Shown piece by piece: positions 20,474-29,126 of a DNA stretch of 52,354 bases; positions within the stretch are counted from its first letter, which is position 1; every line of letters begins with the position of its first letter. Under the pieces are notes generated by a model. That model was not told where the DNA came from. It made no database searches and saw only the letters and a list, made by a program, of their open reading frames with translations. The stretch is from Campylobacterota bacterium. Its GTDB lineage: Bacteria > Campylobacterota_A > Desulfurellia > JAADFJ01. The stretch is from contig JAADFJ010000083.1 of NCBI GenBank assembly GCA_013152955.1, positions 1 through 52,354 on the forward strand. The letters are read 5' to 3'. The position numbers were made by a program, and so were the translations under genes.

Positions 20474-20721
20474 CTTTTTCTCCTTTCTATAATCTTTATA
20501 TTTTAGTCGAAGTTAGTAGTGTTTGTCAAATTGTTGATAACTGTTATTGTTGATTGATCAGACTAATAATTTCTTGTTAGAATCCGGCTGTCTTTTTTGT
20601 CTTTGTGCGATATAAAATCGTTGTAAAAAATATAATGAACGAACTATGTTGAAAAGATACTGGTTACTGACAGGTTACTGACAGGTTTTCCCTGTTTAAC
20701 TTGATATTTTTTTGTGGATAA
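20474..20721. other. Candidate oriC segment (dnaA-dnaN spacer and dnaA 3' end)
   Basis: The spacer is AT-rich. A perfect DnaA box TGTGGATAA lies at 20713-20721 and a one-mismatch box TGTTGATAA at 20532-20540. An 11-nt tandem repeat GGTTACTGACA x2.4 lies at 20662-20688. The evidence is thin, with only two boxes found by eye. Confidence 0.3.
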
Positions 20722-22078
20722 TCTTTATTTCATCGGAAAAAATCTGATTTTTATCAGATTCGGATTCTATTGTTTTTACCGCATTAATAACAGATGCATG
20801 ACTTTTCATTCCAAAATGTCTGCAGATTTCCGAATATGATTTTCCTGTTAATTTTCTTACCAGATAAATGGCAATTTGTCTTGGTTTGAGAATTTCTTTT
20901 TCTCTTCTTTTTGACAACATTTTTGATACAGTAATGTTAAAATGACCTGCAACTGCTTTTTGTATATTTTCTACTGTAATCTGCCGTTTTTTTTCAAGCA
21001 GAATACCGCTTAAAATTTCTTTTGCGAAATTTAAGGTTATATTTGCGTTCATTAATGAGGAAAATGCTCCTATTCTTATTAAAGCCCCCTCGATCTCTCT
21101 AACATTTGATGTGATTTTTGATGCTAAAAAATCGGCAACATCCTCATTGATGTCCAGATTGTTTGCTTTTGCTTTTTTATTTATAATTGCAACGCGTGTT
21201 TCATAGTCGGGGGGTCCGATCTCTGCTATCAGTCCCCATTGGAATCTGGATCTTAATCGTTCTTCAATGTTGTCGATGTCCCTGGGAAGTTTATCGCTTG
21301 TTATAACAATTTGTCCTTCAACCTGATGTAAAGCGTTAAATGTATTAAAAAACTCTTCCTGTGTCCCATGTTTTCCTGCAATAAACTGTATGTCATCTAT
21401 TAAAAGCAGATCCAGATTTCTGTAATAATGTCTAAAATTTTCATTATCTCTTCTTTTTATGGCGTCTATCAATTCATTAGTAAACTGTTCTGACGAGATA
21501 TAACAGATTTTTTTCTTTTTATCTTTAGCTACTCTGTGTCCTATAGCTTGAAGAAGGTGTGTTTTTCCGAGACCGACGCCGCCGTATATATAAAACGGAT
21601 TATATGCCGTTCCGGGGTTTGTAGCTACTGCTATTGCCGCAGCAGAGGCAAAACGATTTGAGTCTCCTACAATAAAATTATCAAATCTGTATTTATTGTT
21701 TAAACTGGAATTGCCATCGTGTCTTTTTGGAATATTAACCTGATTTTTTTTATCTATATGCCGACCCGGATCTTTGACGATAAACTGAACTTCTGTAATT
21801 TCCGAATATCTTTTTTTTGCGGTCTCCATAATCTGTTTTATACAGTTGCTTTGTATCCATTCTTTGAAAAATCTGTTAGGGAGCGTTATGGTCAGTTTGT
21901 TTTGTTTTGGAACGAGCTTTATCGGTTTGATCCAGATATCGTAATCATCCTCATTTTTTATTATTTTTTTGAGAACGGCTTTAATGTGATTGTCCAAAGA
22001 ATTTATCATTACTCTTGATAATATGGGGAAAGTTGAATTTTGCAAATCTATGTACTTGTTTTGTATGCTAAGCGGCAT
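20696..22078 (-). CDS. dnaA: Chromosomal replication initiator DnaA
   Basis: It has an AAA+ domain (GGVGLGKTHL, LLIDDIQF) and a C-terminal DNA-binding domain (HASVINAVK). No SD precedes the ATG at 22078; Met24 (ATG at 22009) is an alternative start. Confidence 0.93.
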   Translation of the reverse strand: MPLSIQNKYIDLQNSTFPILSRVMINSLDNHIKAVLKKIIKNEDDYDIWIKPIKLVPKQNKLTITLPNRFFKEWIQSNCIKQIMETAKKRYSEITEVQFIVKDPGRHIDKKNQVNIPKRHDGNSSLNNKYRFDNFIVGDSNRFASAAAIAVATNPGTAYNPFYIYGGVGLGKTHLLQAIGHRVAKDKKKKICYISSEQFTNELIDAIKRRDNENFRHYYRNLDLLLIDDIQFIAGKHGTQEEFFNTFNALHQVEGQIVITSDKLPRDIDNIEERLRSRFQWGLIAEIGPPDYETRVAIINKKAKANNLDINEDVADFLASKITSNVREIEGALIRIGAFSSLMNANITLNFAKEILSGILLEKKRQITVENIQKAVAGHFNITVSKMLSKRREKEILKPRQIAIYLVRKLTGKSYSEICRHFGMKSHASVINAVKTIESESDKNQIFSDEIKIIHKKISS

Positions 22079-22081
22079 CTT

Positions 22082-22236
22082 AAGACCGCTGCGCAGTAAA
22101 CATATTCTTAGCCTTTCATTGAGTGCTTCACGCTAAGAATATCCCGAACTAACACAGATTAGTATTCCAAATTTTAATTCTTAAATCGTACCCTTTCTTT
22201 GACTTTCGCTGATCCCGTTTATTGCGCAGCGGTCTT
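22082..22236 (+). mobile_element. MITE-like element, copy d (short variant, about 155 bp)
   Basis: Termini are (T)AAGACCGCTGCGCAGTAAAC ... GTTTATTGCGCAGCGGTCTT(A). It retains the R-end block AAATTTTAATTCTTAAATCGTACCCTTTCTTTGAC. It starts 3 nt from the annotated dnaA ATG. Confidence 0.8.
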
Positions 22237-22241
22237 ATTAA

Positions 22242-22503
22242 CTGATGTTACGCACTAAACGCAGTTTCAGCAAAAAAAGAAAGCGTTAGATACAAGGAAG
22301 GTTCTTGCCGGCGTAGCCGCAGCTACGGCGGCAAGGTTTCGACGCAGTAGATGATGCTTTATCTTTTTGCCCTTCGGGTGACAATAGTAACGCATAATTG
22401 CTGTGTTAGTGTAACTTGAAGCAGCCGGCTGCTCCTGCGTTGCACTGTCTTGCACTTATACGCTACTATTGCCACTGCAGCTGTGTTTAGTGCGTAACAT
22501 CGG
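22242..22503. mobile_element. Second-type MITE-like element (g) with 7-bp target-site duplication TTATTAA
   Basis: The inverted repeat is CTGATGTTACGCACTAAACGCAG ... CTGTGTTTAGTGCGTAACATCGG, flanked by TTATTAA at 22235-22241 and 22504-22510. The interior has a GC-rich 14-bp hairpin (22304-22335) and a 14-bp long-range pairing (22379-22392 with 22461-22474). The only ORF (62 aa) looks non-coding. Confidence 0.75.
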
Positions 22504-22506
22504 TTA

Positions 22507-23271
22507 TTAATGTATCTTATTTAAAAATTGTTTTAGTTGAGGATTATTATCGTTTGCCAATATTTCTTCAGGTGTAGCAATCTCAGTAATTTTTCCTTGA
22601 TTCATAAATGCGATCCGGTCTGCGGCTGCTTTTGCAAAATCCATTTCGTGTGTTACCACAATCATAGTCATTCCCTCTTTTGCCACCTTTTCCATAACGT
22701 CAAGTACTTCACCTATCATTTCCGGGTCAAGCGCGCTTGTTGCTTCATCAAAGAGCATCAGTTGAGGTTTCATTGCAAGAGCTCTTGCAATCGCAACACG
22801 CTGCTGCTGACCTCCCGAGAGCTGTTCCGGATAAACATCTGCTTTTTCAACTATACCTACCTTTTTAAGCAGAACGGTTGCCAGATCAACAGCATCTTTT
22901 TTATTAACTTTTTTTACCTTTATTTGACCAATTGTAATATTTTCCATGACCGTAAGATGCGGAAAAAGATTGAAATGCTGAAAAACCATACCGATTTTAG
23001 TTCGCAGTTTTGTAGGCTTGGTCTTTTTGTTAAAAATATCGGTTCCTAAAACTTCTATTGATCCTGAATTTATCTCTTCAAGGCGGTTCAGCGTTCTTAA
23101 AAAAGTACTTTTTCCTGAACCTGATGCACCGATAATTACTAAGACCTCTCCATAATCCACATTTAAAGAAACACCGTTTAAAGCTTTGATTTCGTTTGGA
23201 TATACCTTATAAATATTGCGTGCCCGAACCGCATACTTTTTATCTGTCACTTTTTGCCATTTTCCTTTCAA
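22507..23271 (-). CDS. Polar amino-acid ABC transporter ATP-binding protein
   Basis: It has Walker A GASGSGKST, the signature LSGGQQQRVAIARAL and Walker B LMLFDEATSALD. Confidence 0.9.
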   Translation of the reverse strand: MKGKWQKVTDKKYAVRARNIYKVYPNEIKALNGVSLNVDYGEVLVIIGASGSGKSTFLRTLNRLEEINSGSIEVLGTDIFNKKTKPTKLRTKIGMVFQHFNLFPHLTVMENITIGQIKVKKVNKKDAVDLATVLLKKVGIVEKADVYPEQLSGGQQQRVAIARALAMKPQLMLFDEATSALDPEMIGEVLDVMEKVAKEGMTMIVVTHEMDFAKAAADRIAFMNQGKITEIATPEEILANDNNPQLKQFLNKIH

Positions 23272-24184
23272 GTAAATGTGTCAAAGATGACAGCGAATAT
23301 GTAAGCACCAGATACATTGCAGCCACTGTAAACCAGATTTCGAACGGGCTGAATGTCGAACTTACAATTTCTCTGCCGGCTTTTGTAAGATCGGTAATAG
23401 AGATAATAGATACAAGCGATGAATCCTTAATCAGAGATATAAACTGACCGGCCATGGCAGGCATGGTTCTCTTGATCGCCTGAGGCATAATTATATGTCT
23501 CATAAGCTGAAAATAATTCATTCCTATTGAAAGAGCGGCTTCAGTTTGGTCCTTGCCGATAGATTGAATTCCGGCTCTTACGATTTCTGCGATATATGCT
23601 CCCTCAAAGACCGCTAAAGCTCCAATCCCCGATACTATTCTGTCAAGATTAAAAACGGTTCCGATAAAAAAATAGAAGATAAATATTTGAACAAGAAGGG
23701 GAGTGCCTCTTATCAGTTCAATATAGGTTATTGCAAGATTTTTGAGCAACGGATTTTCTGCTATTCTCATAAGACCGGTTATAATGCCGATTATAATCGC
23801 AAAAAAGATAGCTATTATGGAAATTTTTAATGTGGTAAGAAGCCCAAGTAAAAGCGCTCCGGCCTTATGGGAAACGTTGTATCCCAATTCATCTCCCTGA
23901 TCAACAACATTTCCCTTTTTGACCGCAGATTTTTCAAGTTTAAATTTTTTTGTCACTCCATGGAGTGATTTAATTGTCAGTTCTCCGTTTTTATACCCTT
24001 CTACGAAACCGTTGAAAGGCGAACTTACAGTATCATGACTCGTGTAAATAATATAAGATGGAATAGTGTTCCATCTCCATATGTAGTTGATCTTTGAGCT
24101 TGAGATAAATGTAAAGTAGCCGATCCCTATAATTACGATTATATACGTAAAATTCCATGCCGCTTTTGCCGGCTTGCTTATCAT
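23240..24184 (-). CDS. Polar amino-acid ABC transporter permease with N-terminal extension
   Basis: The C-terminal roughly 210 aa match the His/Glu/Gln/Arg permease family (IELIRGTPLLVQIF, EAALSIGM). The N-terminal roughly 100 aa are extra. Confidence 0.85.
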   Translation of the reverse strand: MISKPAKAAWNFTYIIVIIGIGYFTFISSSKINYIWRWNTIPSYIIYTSHDTVSSPFNGFVEGYKNGELTIKSLHGVTKKFKLEKSAVKKGNVVDQGDELGYNVSHKAGALLLGLLTTLKISIIAIFFAIIIGIITGLMRIAENPLLKNLAITYIELIRGTPLLVQIFIFYFFIGTVFNLDRIVSGIGALAVFEGAYIAEIVRAGIQSIGKDQTEAALSIGMNYFQLMRHIIMPQAIKRTMPAMAGQFISLIKDSSLVSIISITDLTKAGREIVSSTFSPFEIWFTVAAMYLVLTYSLSSLTHLLERKMAKSDR

Positions 24185-24207
24185 ATTTACCGATCTCTAT
24201 AAAAGGT

Positions 24208-25020
24208 CTATTGTACCTCTTTTAACCAACTATTGCTCAAAAACCATTTTTTATATATTCTTTTGTAAGATCCGTCATGTTTGAGCTGTCTCAGAAAGTT
24301 GTCGAGCCAATTGAGAAAATCAGGGTCTCCCTTTCGCACACCCCAAGCAAGCGGTTCATAGGTAAACGGTTTGTCAAGAAATGTAAGCTTTCCGATTCCT
24401 TTTTGTGCATAAAATACCGCATCGTATGGTTGATCATAAACAAATGCATCCGCCCTTCCGTTTACAACTTCCATCGCTGCATCAGGTTCTGTTTCAAATG
24501 TTTTGAGTTTTGCGCGAGGCATATATTTTTTTACTGCAAACTCACCGGTAACACCAAGTTTGGTTACTACCGTATACTTTGGATTGTTTAAATCCTTATA
24601 GCTTTTTATTATACCGGTCAAACTCTTTCTTATCAGTATAGCTTGTCCGACAACAATATACGGATCGGCAAAGTTTATTTTCAAGTTTCTTTTTTGAGTT
24701 ATTGTCATTCCGCTCATAATAATATCAAATTTATCGGTTATTAGAGCCGGAATTATACCATCCCAAGCCGTGTTCACAAGTTTGAGTTTTACTCCCATGT
24801 TTTTTGCCATAAGCTTTGCTATATCAACATCAAAACCGATAATCTTTCCGGATTTGCTTCTCATTTCAAAGGGCATATAGCCCGCCTCAAGCCCTACTCT
24901 AAGAACGCCTCTTGTGATAATATGATTTAGTGCCGATTGTCTCCATAAGTTGATGTCAGACGCATTTGCAACCGAACTCATAAGCATTGCACCGATTAGA
25001 AAAAGAAAAATTTTTTTCAT
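24208..25020 (-). CDS. ABC transporter substrate-binding protein, family 3
   Basis: The start MKKIFLFLIGAML (signal peptide) has GGAGG upstream. GFDVDIAK and WDGIIPAL are typical SBP_bac_3 motifs. The ORF track offers an upstream ATG at 25059 with no SD. Confidence 0.85.
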   Translation of the reverse strand: MKKIFLFLIGAMLMSSVANASDINLWRQSALNHIITRGVLRVGLEAGYMPFEMRSKSGKIIGFDVDIAKLMAKNMGVKLKLVNTAWDGIIPALITDKFDIIMSGMTITQKRNLKINFADPYIVVGQAILIRKSLTGIIKSYKDLNNPKYTVVTKLGVTGEFAVKKYMPRAKLKTFETEPDAAMEVVNGRADAFVYDQPYDAVFYAQKGIGKLTFLDKPFTYEPLAWGVRKGDPDFLNWLDNFLRQLKHDGSYKRIYKKWFLSNSWLKEVQ

Positions 25021-25039
25021 GGTTCCTCCAAATAAATTA

Positions 25040-25204
25040 TTAATATGATTTGCCTTCATCTAAAAGCTCTTTAATTGCCATCTTGGTGCCGCATTTAGGG
25101 CATATCGGTAACTTTTCCTTCGGAAAATGTATGATTTTTGTGAATCTGCATTTAGGACAAACTATTTCAATAAGTTTATTTACAGCCTCACTGTGTTTTC
25201 CCAC
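25040..25204 (-). CDS. Small zinc-ribbon protein (54 aa), below the ORF-track length cutoff
   Basis: The GTG start lies 7 nt after AGGAGG. It translates VGKHSEAVNKLIEIVCPKCRFTKIIHFPKEKLPICPKCGTKMAIKELLDEGKSY, with two CPKC knuckles. It fills the gap between the EpmA-like gene and the SBP gene. Confidence 0.5.
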   Translation of the reverse strand: MGKHSEAVNKLIEIVCPKCRFTKIIHFPKEKLPICPKCGTKMAIKELLDEGKSY

Positions 25205-25344
25205 TATGCTCCCTCCTGCATTATCACCATAAATCTTACCTTAGCATAATTGAATAAAAAAGCAAACCGGCTATAAAATCGGCTACCTTTCGGAGTTCAG
25301 GATCCGAGAGTCAAGGTAATTGCTAATGGATTAATAGCCGCTCT

Positions 25345-26418
25345 TTATATTAATTTCTCTATTTTCTTTTGATCCGTTAAAAAGAGAAGCAATCTGTCAA
25401 TTCCGACTGCGATTCCGGATGCTTCAGGCATTCCCCATCCGAGCGCATCCAAAAATTCTTCATCGGTTGTTATATTTACCCCTCTTTTTTCCAGCGCCGC
25501 GTTTTCCTTTTTAAATCGTCTTTCCTGCTCCGGTTTGTCATTTAGTTCATAAAACGCACTCGCGATTTCAATTCCCTCAATAAATACTTCAAAACGTCTT
25601 GTTATACGATTTTCAACGACAGCCAAAGCAGGCTTCCATTCCGGAAAGTTTACAAGAAATGTTATATGCCCGTTACCCAGCAGCGGTTTGACGTAACGCT
25701 CAAAAACGTAATCCGTCAGCTCGTAATAATTGAATTCGCCGTACTGCTCATCATTTGAAAAAGAGGATTCAAGCGTTTCAAGATCAAACCCCGCTTTCTT
25801 AAAAGCTTCACTGTAGGTGACGCTTTTGCCTTCAAGTGCTATCTTTTTGCCTTGCCAGACAATTTCTTCCGAATCAGTTAGATATCTTAATAATTTTATA
25901 AAATCTTCCTGAATGCTGTTCAGTTTTTTGTATGTCCTGTACCATTCGGCAATAATAAACTCTTTGTTGTGAAAATTTCCATATGCATCATCGCGAAATG
26001 CATGTGTAATTTCAAAAAGCTTATTAAATCCGCCAATCAAAAGTTTTTTTAGTGACAATTCGGGGCTTGTAATTAAAAACTTACCATTTGTCAGCTTTAA
26101 CGGCTCTATATGTTCCTCCGGTGCAATTCCGTTTTTCATCATCGCTGTAACAGCCTCAATAAATCCATTTTCATGGAAAAATTGTCTGATCTTCCAAATC
26201 AGTTCGAATCGCCTTTTTGTATTTGCATAATTTTGCGGCAGGATATTCAGGTTGGCTGCATCAAGACTTCCAGAGGATTTAACCAGTATGGTGCATGTTT
26301 CTATTTTGCCGTTTTCCGACAGTTTTATTTCTACAATGTCTCCTATATCGGCGTTGATATTTTCTAACAATTTTATGAACTTTCCATCAAAAGACAGCAC
26401 AGCGGGATTTTTTTGCAT
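25345..26418 (-). CDS. Class II aminoacyl-tRNA-synthetase-like protein, EpmA/GenX (PoxA) family
   Basis: It has class II core motifs (ITSPELSLKKLL, THAFRDD, FIIAEWY, GIAVGIDRLLLFL) and no anticodon-binding domain of LysRS size. I chose the start MQKNPAV (AAGGAAG upstream); the ORF track alternative is at 26433. Confidence 0.65.
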   Translation of the reverse strand: MQKNPAVLSFDGKFIKLLENINADIGDIVEIKLSENGKIETCTILVKSSGSLDAANLNILPQNYANTKRRFELIWKIRQFFHENGFIEAVTAMMKNGIAPEEHIEPLKLTNGKFLITSPELSLKKLLIGGFNKLFEITHAFRDDAYGNFHNKEFIIAEWYRTYKKLNSIQEDFIKLLRYLTDSEEIVWQGKKIALEGKSVTYSEAFKKAGFDLETLESSFSNDEQYGEFNYYELTDYVFERYVKPLLGNGHITFLVNFPEWKPALAVVENRITRRFEVFIEGIEIASAFYELNDKPEQERRFKKENAALEKRGVNITTDEEFLDALGWGMPEASGIAVGIDRLLLFLTDQKKIEKLI

Positions 26419-26479
26419 AACTCTTCCTTTCATAAAATATGATTTTATATAATCGGATGCGAATTACAATAATTTTCTC

Positions 26480-26548
26480 TTGACATGCAATTTTTAACAG
26501 GTATAGTTGTTATCAAATAGTTTGATACGAAACTATTTGATAACAACT
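26480..26548 (+). promoter_or_regulatory. Promoter TTGACA-16-TATAGT overlapped by a 44-bp perfect palindrome (19-bp arms, 6-nt centre)
   Basis: -35 is at 26480-26485 and -10 at 26502-26507. The arms are AGTTGTTATCAAATAGTTT (26505-26523) and AAACTATTTGATAACAACT (26530-26548). The RBS AAGGGGG and the ATG at 26565 follow. Confidence 0.6.
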
Positions 26549-26564
26549 TATAAGGGGGTGCCGC

Positions 26565-27767
26565 ATGGGTGATGGATATCTTCACGGTATCAAAGAGGAT
26601 ATTGCAGGTGACGGTCTCTTTGACCAATTTTTTGAATGGTATGATGACAGAAACAGTTACGCAAAGAAGTGGAAAGAGAGAACAGGGGGAAAAGTTGTCG
26701 GCAGTTTGTGCACATATACGCCGGAGGAGGTATTGACTGCCGCAAACTGTCTTACCGTAAGACTTTTGGGGTTCCATGAGCCTCAGGATGTGACGGAGCC
26801 GTACCTTTTTGCTATGTTCTGTCCGTTTTCAAGAGATACTCTGGCTCAGGGACTCAAAGGTAAACTTGATCATCTTGACGGTGTGGTTATGGCTCATTCC
26901 TGTCTTCATCTTCGCCAAACATACAATGTTATGAAACATAAGCTGCCGGTAGAATTTGCGTGGTATCTTCCAATCCCCAATAATGTCAAAGATAAATACG
27001 CCAAGGAGTTTATGGCAAGTGAGATTGAGCGCTTTAAGGAATCGGTCGAGGAATGGAGAGAATTTAAAATAGATGAAAACAGACTTGAGGATGCGATTAC
27101 GCTTATGGATAAAAATCGTCATCTGTTGAGAACGGTTTACGAATATAGAAAAGATGACAATCCGCATCTGACCGGTATGGAGGCGCTTGCCATGGTAACT
27201 GCATCCGAGCTTGTCGATAAGCATGATGCGAACAGAGAGATAGAGAAAATATTAAAATATCTTCCTTCAAGAAAGATAAAAACCGACAGTAAGGTCGGCT
27301 CAAGATTAATTGTTATCGGTTCGGAAGATGATGACATGAGTTTTGCGCATATGGTGGAACATGAAGATGCTACGGTCGTGATAGATGAGCATTGTACCGG
27401 AACAAGATGGTTTTGGAAAGAGATCGGCCCCGAACATGATAATCTGTCTCAGGAAAGAAGAATAGGAGACAGATATTGCAGCAGGCCTGCTTGTCCCACA
27501 AAAGATTACGCAATGGACGATGGAACAAGATTAAGATTTTTGCATATTCTCAAGCTTTGCGGGGATTATAATGTTGACGGTGCTTTGCTGATTCAGCAAA
27601 AATTTTGCGATCCGCATGAAGGAGATATGGTTCCGCTGAAAGAATTTTTATCGGAACATGATATTCCTTCTCTTCAGCTTGAGTTTGATGTAACGCTTCC
27701 GCTGGGTCAATTTAAGACAAGGGTGGAGGCTTTTCTCGAAACAATAGGCGAAGAGGACCTTTTTTAA
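26565..27767 (+). CDS. Benzoyl-CoA reductase subunit, BzdN/BcrC-like (2-hydroxyacyl-CoA dehydratase family)
   Basis: The 400-aa protein has HgdB/BcrC-family features (GSLCTYTPEEVL, CPFSRD, conserved Cys). It is the first gene of an N-O-P-Q-ferredoxin array. Confidence 0.75.
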   Translation: MGDGYLHGIKEDIAGDGLFDQFFEWYDDRNSYAKKWKERTGGKVVGSLCTYTPEEVLTAANCLTVRLLGFHEPQDVTEPYLFAMFCPFSRDTLAQGLKGKLDHLDGVVMAHSCLHLRQTYNVMKHKLPVEFAWYLPIPNNVKDKYAKEFMASEIERFKESVEEWREFKIDENRLEDAITLMDKNRHLLRTVYEYRKDDNPHLTGMEALAMVTASELVDKHDANREIEKILKYLPSRKIKTDSKVGSRLIVIGSEDDDMSFAHMVEHEDATVVIDEHCTGTRWFWKEIGPEHDNLSQERRIGDRYCSRPACPTKDYAMDDGTRLRFLHILKLCGDYNVDGALLIQQKFCDPHEGDMVPLKEFLSEHDIPSLQLEFDVTLPLGQFKTRVEAFLETIGEEDLF

Positions 27768-27803
27768 CAATAGATTCAGATTATATGGAAGGGGAGGAAT
27801 TTA

Positions 27804-29117
27804 ATGAAATATAAAGTTGAGCCTTTGAAATCGTGGGGCAAGGCAAAGGAATTAAGAAAAGCGTATTTTGATAATTATGTAAATGCAAGGCAGAGCGGAG
27901 GACTGAGAGTATGCGGAAGTGCGTGGGCGTTTCATGCATTGCCGTATGGTCTCGGTGAAGACATTTACTGGCTGACCGGCGAACCTTATGGGGCTCAGGT
28001 AGCATTCGACAAAGATGCCAACAAGCAACTGCAGGATGTCGCAAGCAATAAAGGCTGGGCACATGATCTTTGTTCTTATATGAGAAGTTACTGGGGCTCT
28101 ATCTATGCCGATAAATGGGTATTCGGAGGAAAATGGCCTACCGCAGATTTTGCGTTTACGAATCAGATCTGCTGTTCACACTCGAAATGGTATCAGGAAG
28201 TGGCTCGTTCCGAGAAAATACCGTTTAAAGCAATAGATGTAAGCAGTGGAGCATATGAATGGATAAAAGGAGTCGATGATCCGAGAATCACCTACATTGC
28301 CAATCAGATGGCTGAAGCAATAGAGTGGATGGAGAAGATAACGGGAAGAAAATTTGATGATGAAAATTTTATAAAACATCTCAAATATGAGTTCAGAGCA
28401 ACTTCTACCTGGGCAAAAATCTGCGAGCTTCAAAAGACAATACCTGCTCCGCTTGACGAGAAAGCAATTTTTTCGCTCTACTCGTTAGCTACATTGAATA
28501 AGGCAGATAAGAGTACAGCTGAGTATTATGATGAACTTTACGATGAGGCTGCCGATCGGGCGAAAAGGGGAATTGCGGCAGTAGGCAGCGAGAGATGCAG
28601 ACTTATATCCGATACTCAGCCTCCATGGGGATTTTTGAAGATGTTCAGATATCTCGAAGATTTCGGTGCCATGTCGATTGGTTCGCTTTATACATTCGGT
28701 CTTCAGGGAATCTTTGAGGAAAAAAAGGATGGAACCTGGGGGTACAGGCCCACACCTATGGACAAAGGAATAGAGATTAACGACAGAGAAACCGCTTTGA
28801 AACTATACGCAGAATGGAATGCTGCAAAACCCGAATATCAGCAGTTTTATGACCCTAATATAAAAACTCGTCTTATGATGCATATAATAAAGGAATGGAA
28901 AGTCGATGGCGTTATGCTTCACCTGAATCGCGGATGCGAAGGTCTGTCGCTGGGAATAATGCAGAACAAAGATGAGCTGTCAGAGCTTGGAATTAAGGTG
29001 ATGACATACGAAGGAAATATGGGTGACGAAACAGAGTTTGACGAGGATAGGGTTTTGGCGCGTATCGATTCGTTTATGGAGCTTTTAGGACTTGAAAAAA
29101 TCAAAAAGAGTACATAG
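27804..29117 (+). CDS. Benzoyl-CoA reductase subunit, BzdO/BcrB-like (2-hydroxyacyl-CoA dehydratase family)
   Basis: The 437-aa protein belongs to the HgdA/BcrB family and is paired with the preceding subunit. Confidence 0.75.
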   Translation: MKYKVEPLKSWGKAKELRKAYFDNYVNARQSGGLRVCGSAWAFHALPYGLGEDIYWLTGEPYGAQVAFDKDANKQLQDVASNKGWAHDLCSYMRSYWGSIYADKWVFGGKWPTADFAFTNQICCSHSKWYQEVARSEKIPFKAIDVSSGAYEWIKGVDDPRITYIANQMAEAIEWMEKITGRKFDDENFIKHLKYEFRATSTWAKICELQKTIPAPLDEKAIFSLYSLATLNKADKSTAEYYDELYDEAADRAKRGIAAVGSERCRLISDTQPPWGFLKMFRYLEDFGAMSIGSLYTFGLQGIFEEKKDGTWGYRPTPMDKGIEINDRETALKLYAEWNAAKPEYQQFYDPNIKTRLMMHIIKEWKVDGVMLHLNRGCEGLSLGIMQNKDELSELGIKVMTYEGNMGDETEFDEDRVLARIDSFMELLGLEKIKKST

Positions 29118-29126
29118 GGGGAATGC

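Noticed and set aside
22418-22426. GAAGCAGCC reminiscent of SRP RNA domain IV in element g
   Set aside because: There is no preceding GNRA-capped helix or symmetric loop partner, and the region lies inside a TSD-flanked mobile element.
22267-22455. 62-aa ORF inside element g
   Set aside because: It has no RBS, lies across GC-rich hairpins, and gives an Ala/Arg-rich translation typical of the wrong frame in structured DNA.
25050-25232. 60-aa plus-strand ORF
   Set aside because: The opposite strand encodes a zinc-ribbon frame with an ideal RBS and matches the strand of both neighbours.
26445-26777. 110-aa minus-strand ORF
   Set aside because: It spans the promoter/palindrome and the 5' end of the first reductase gene, with no supporting signals.
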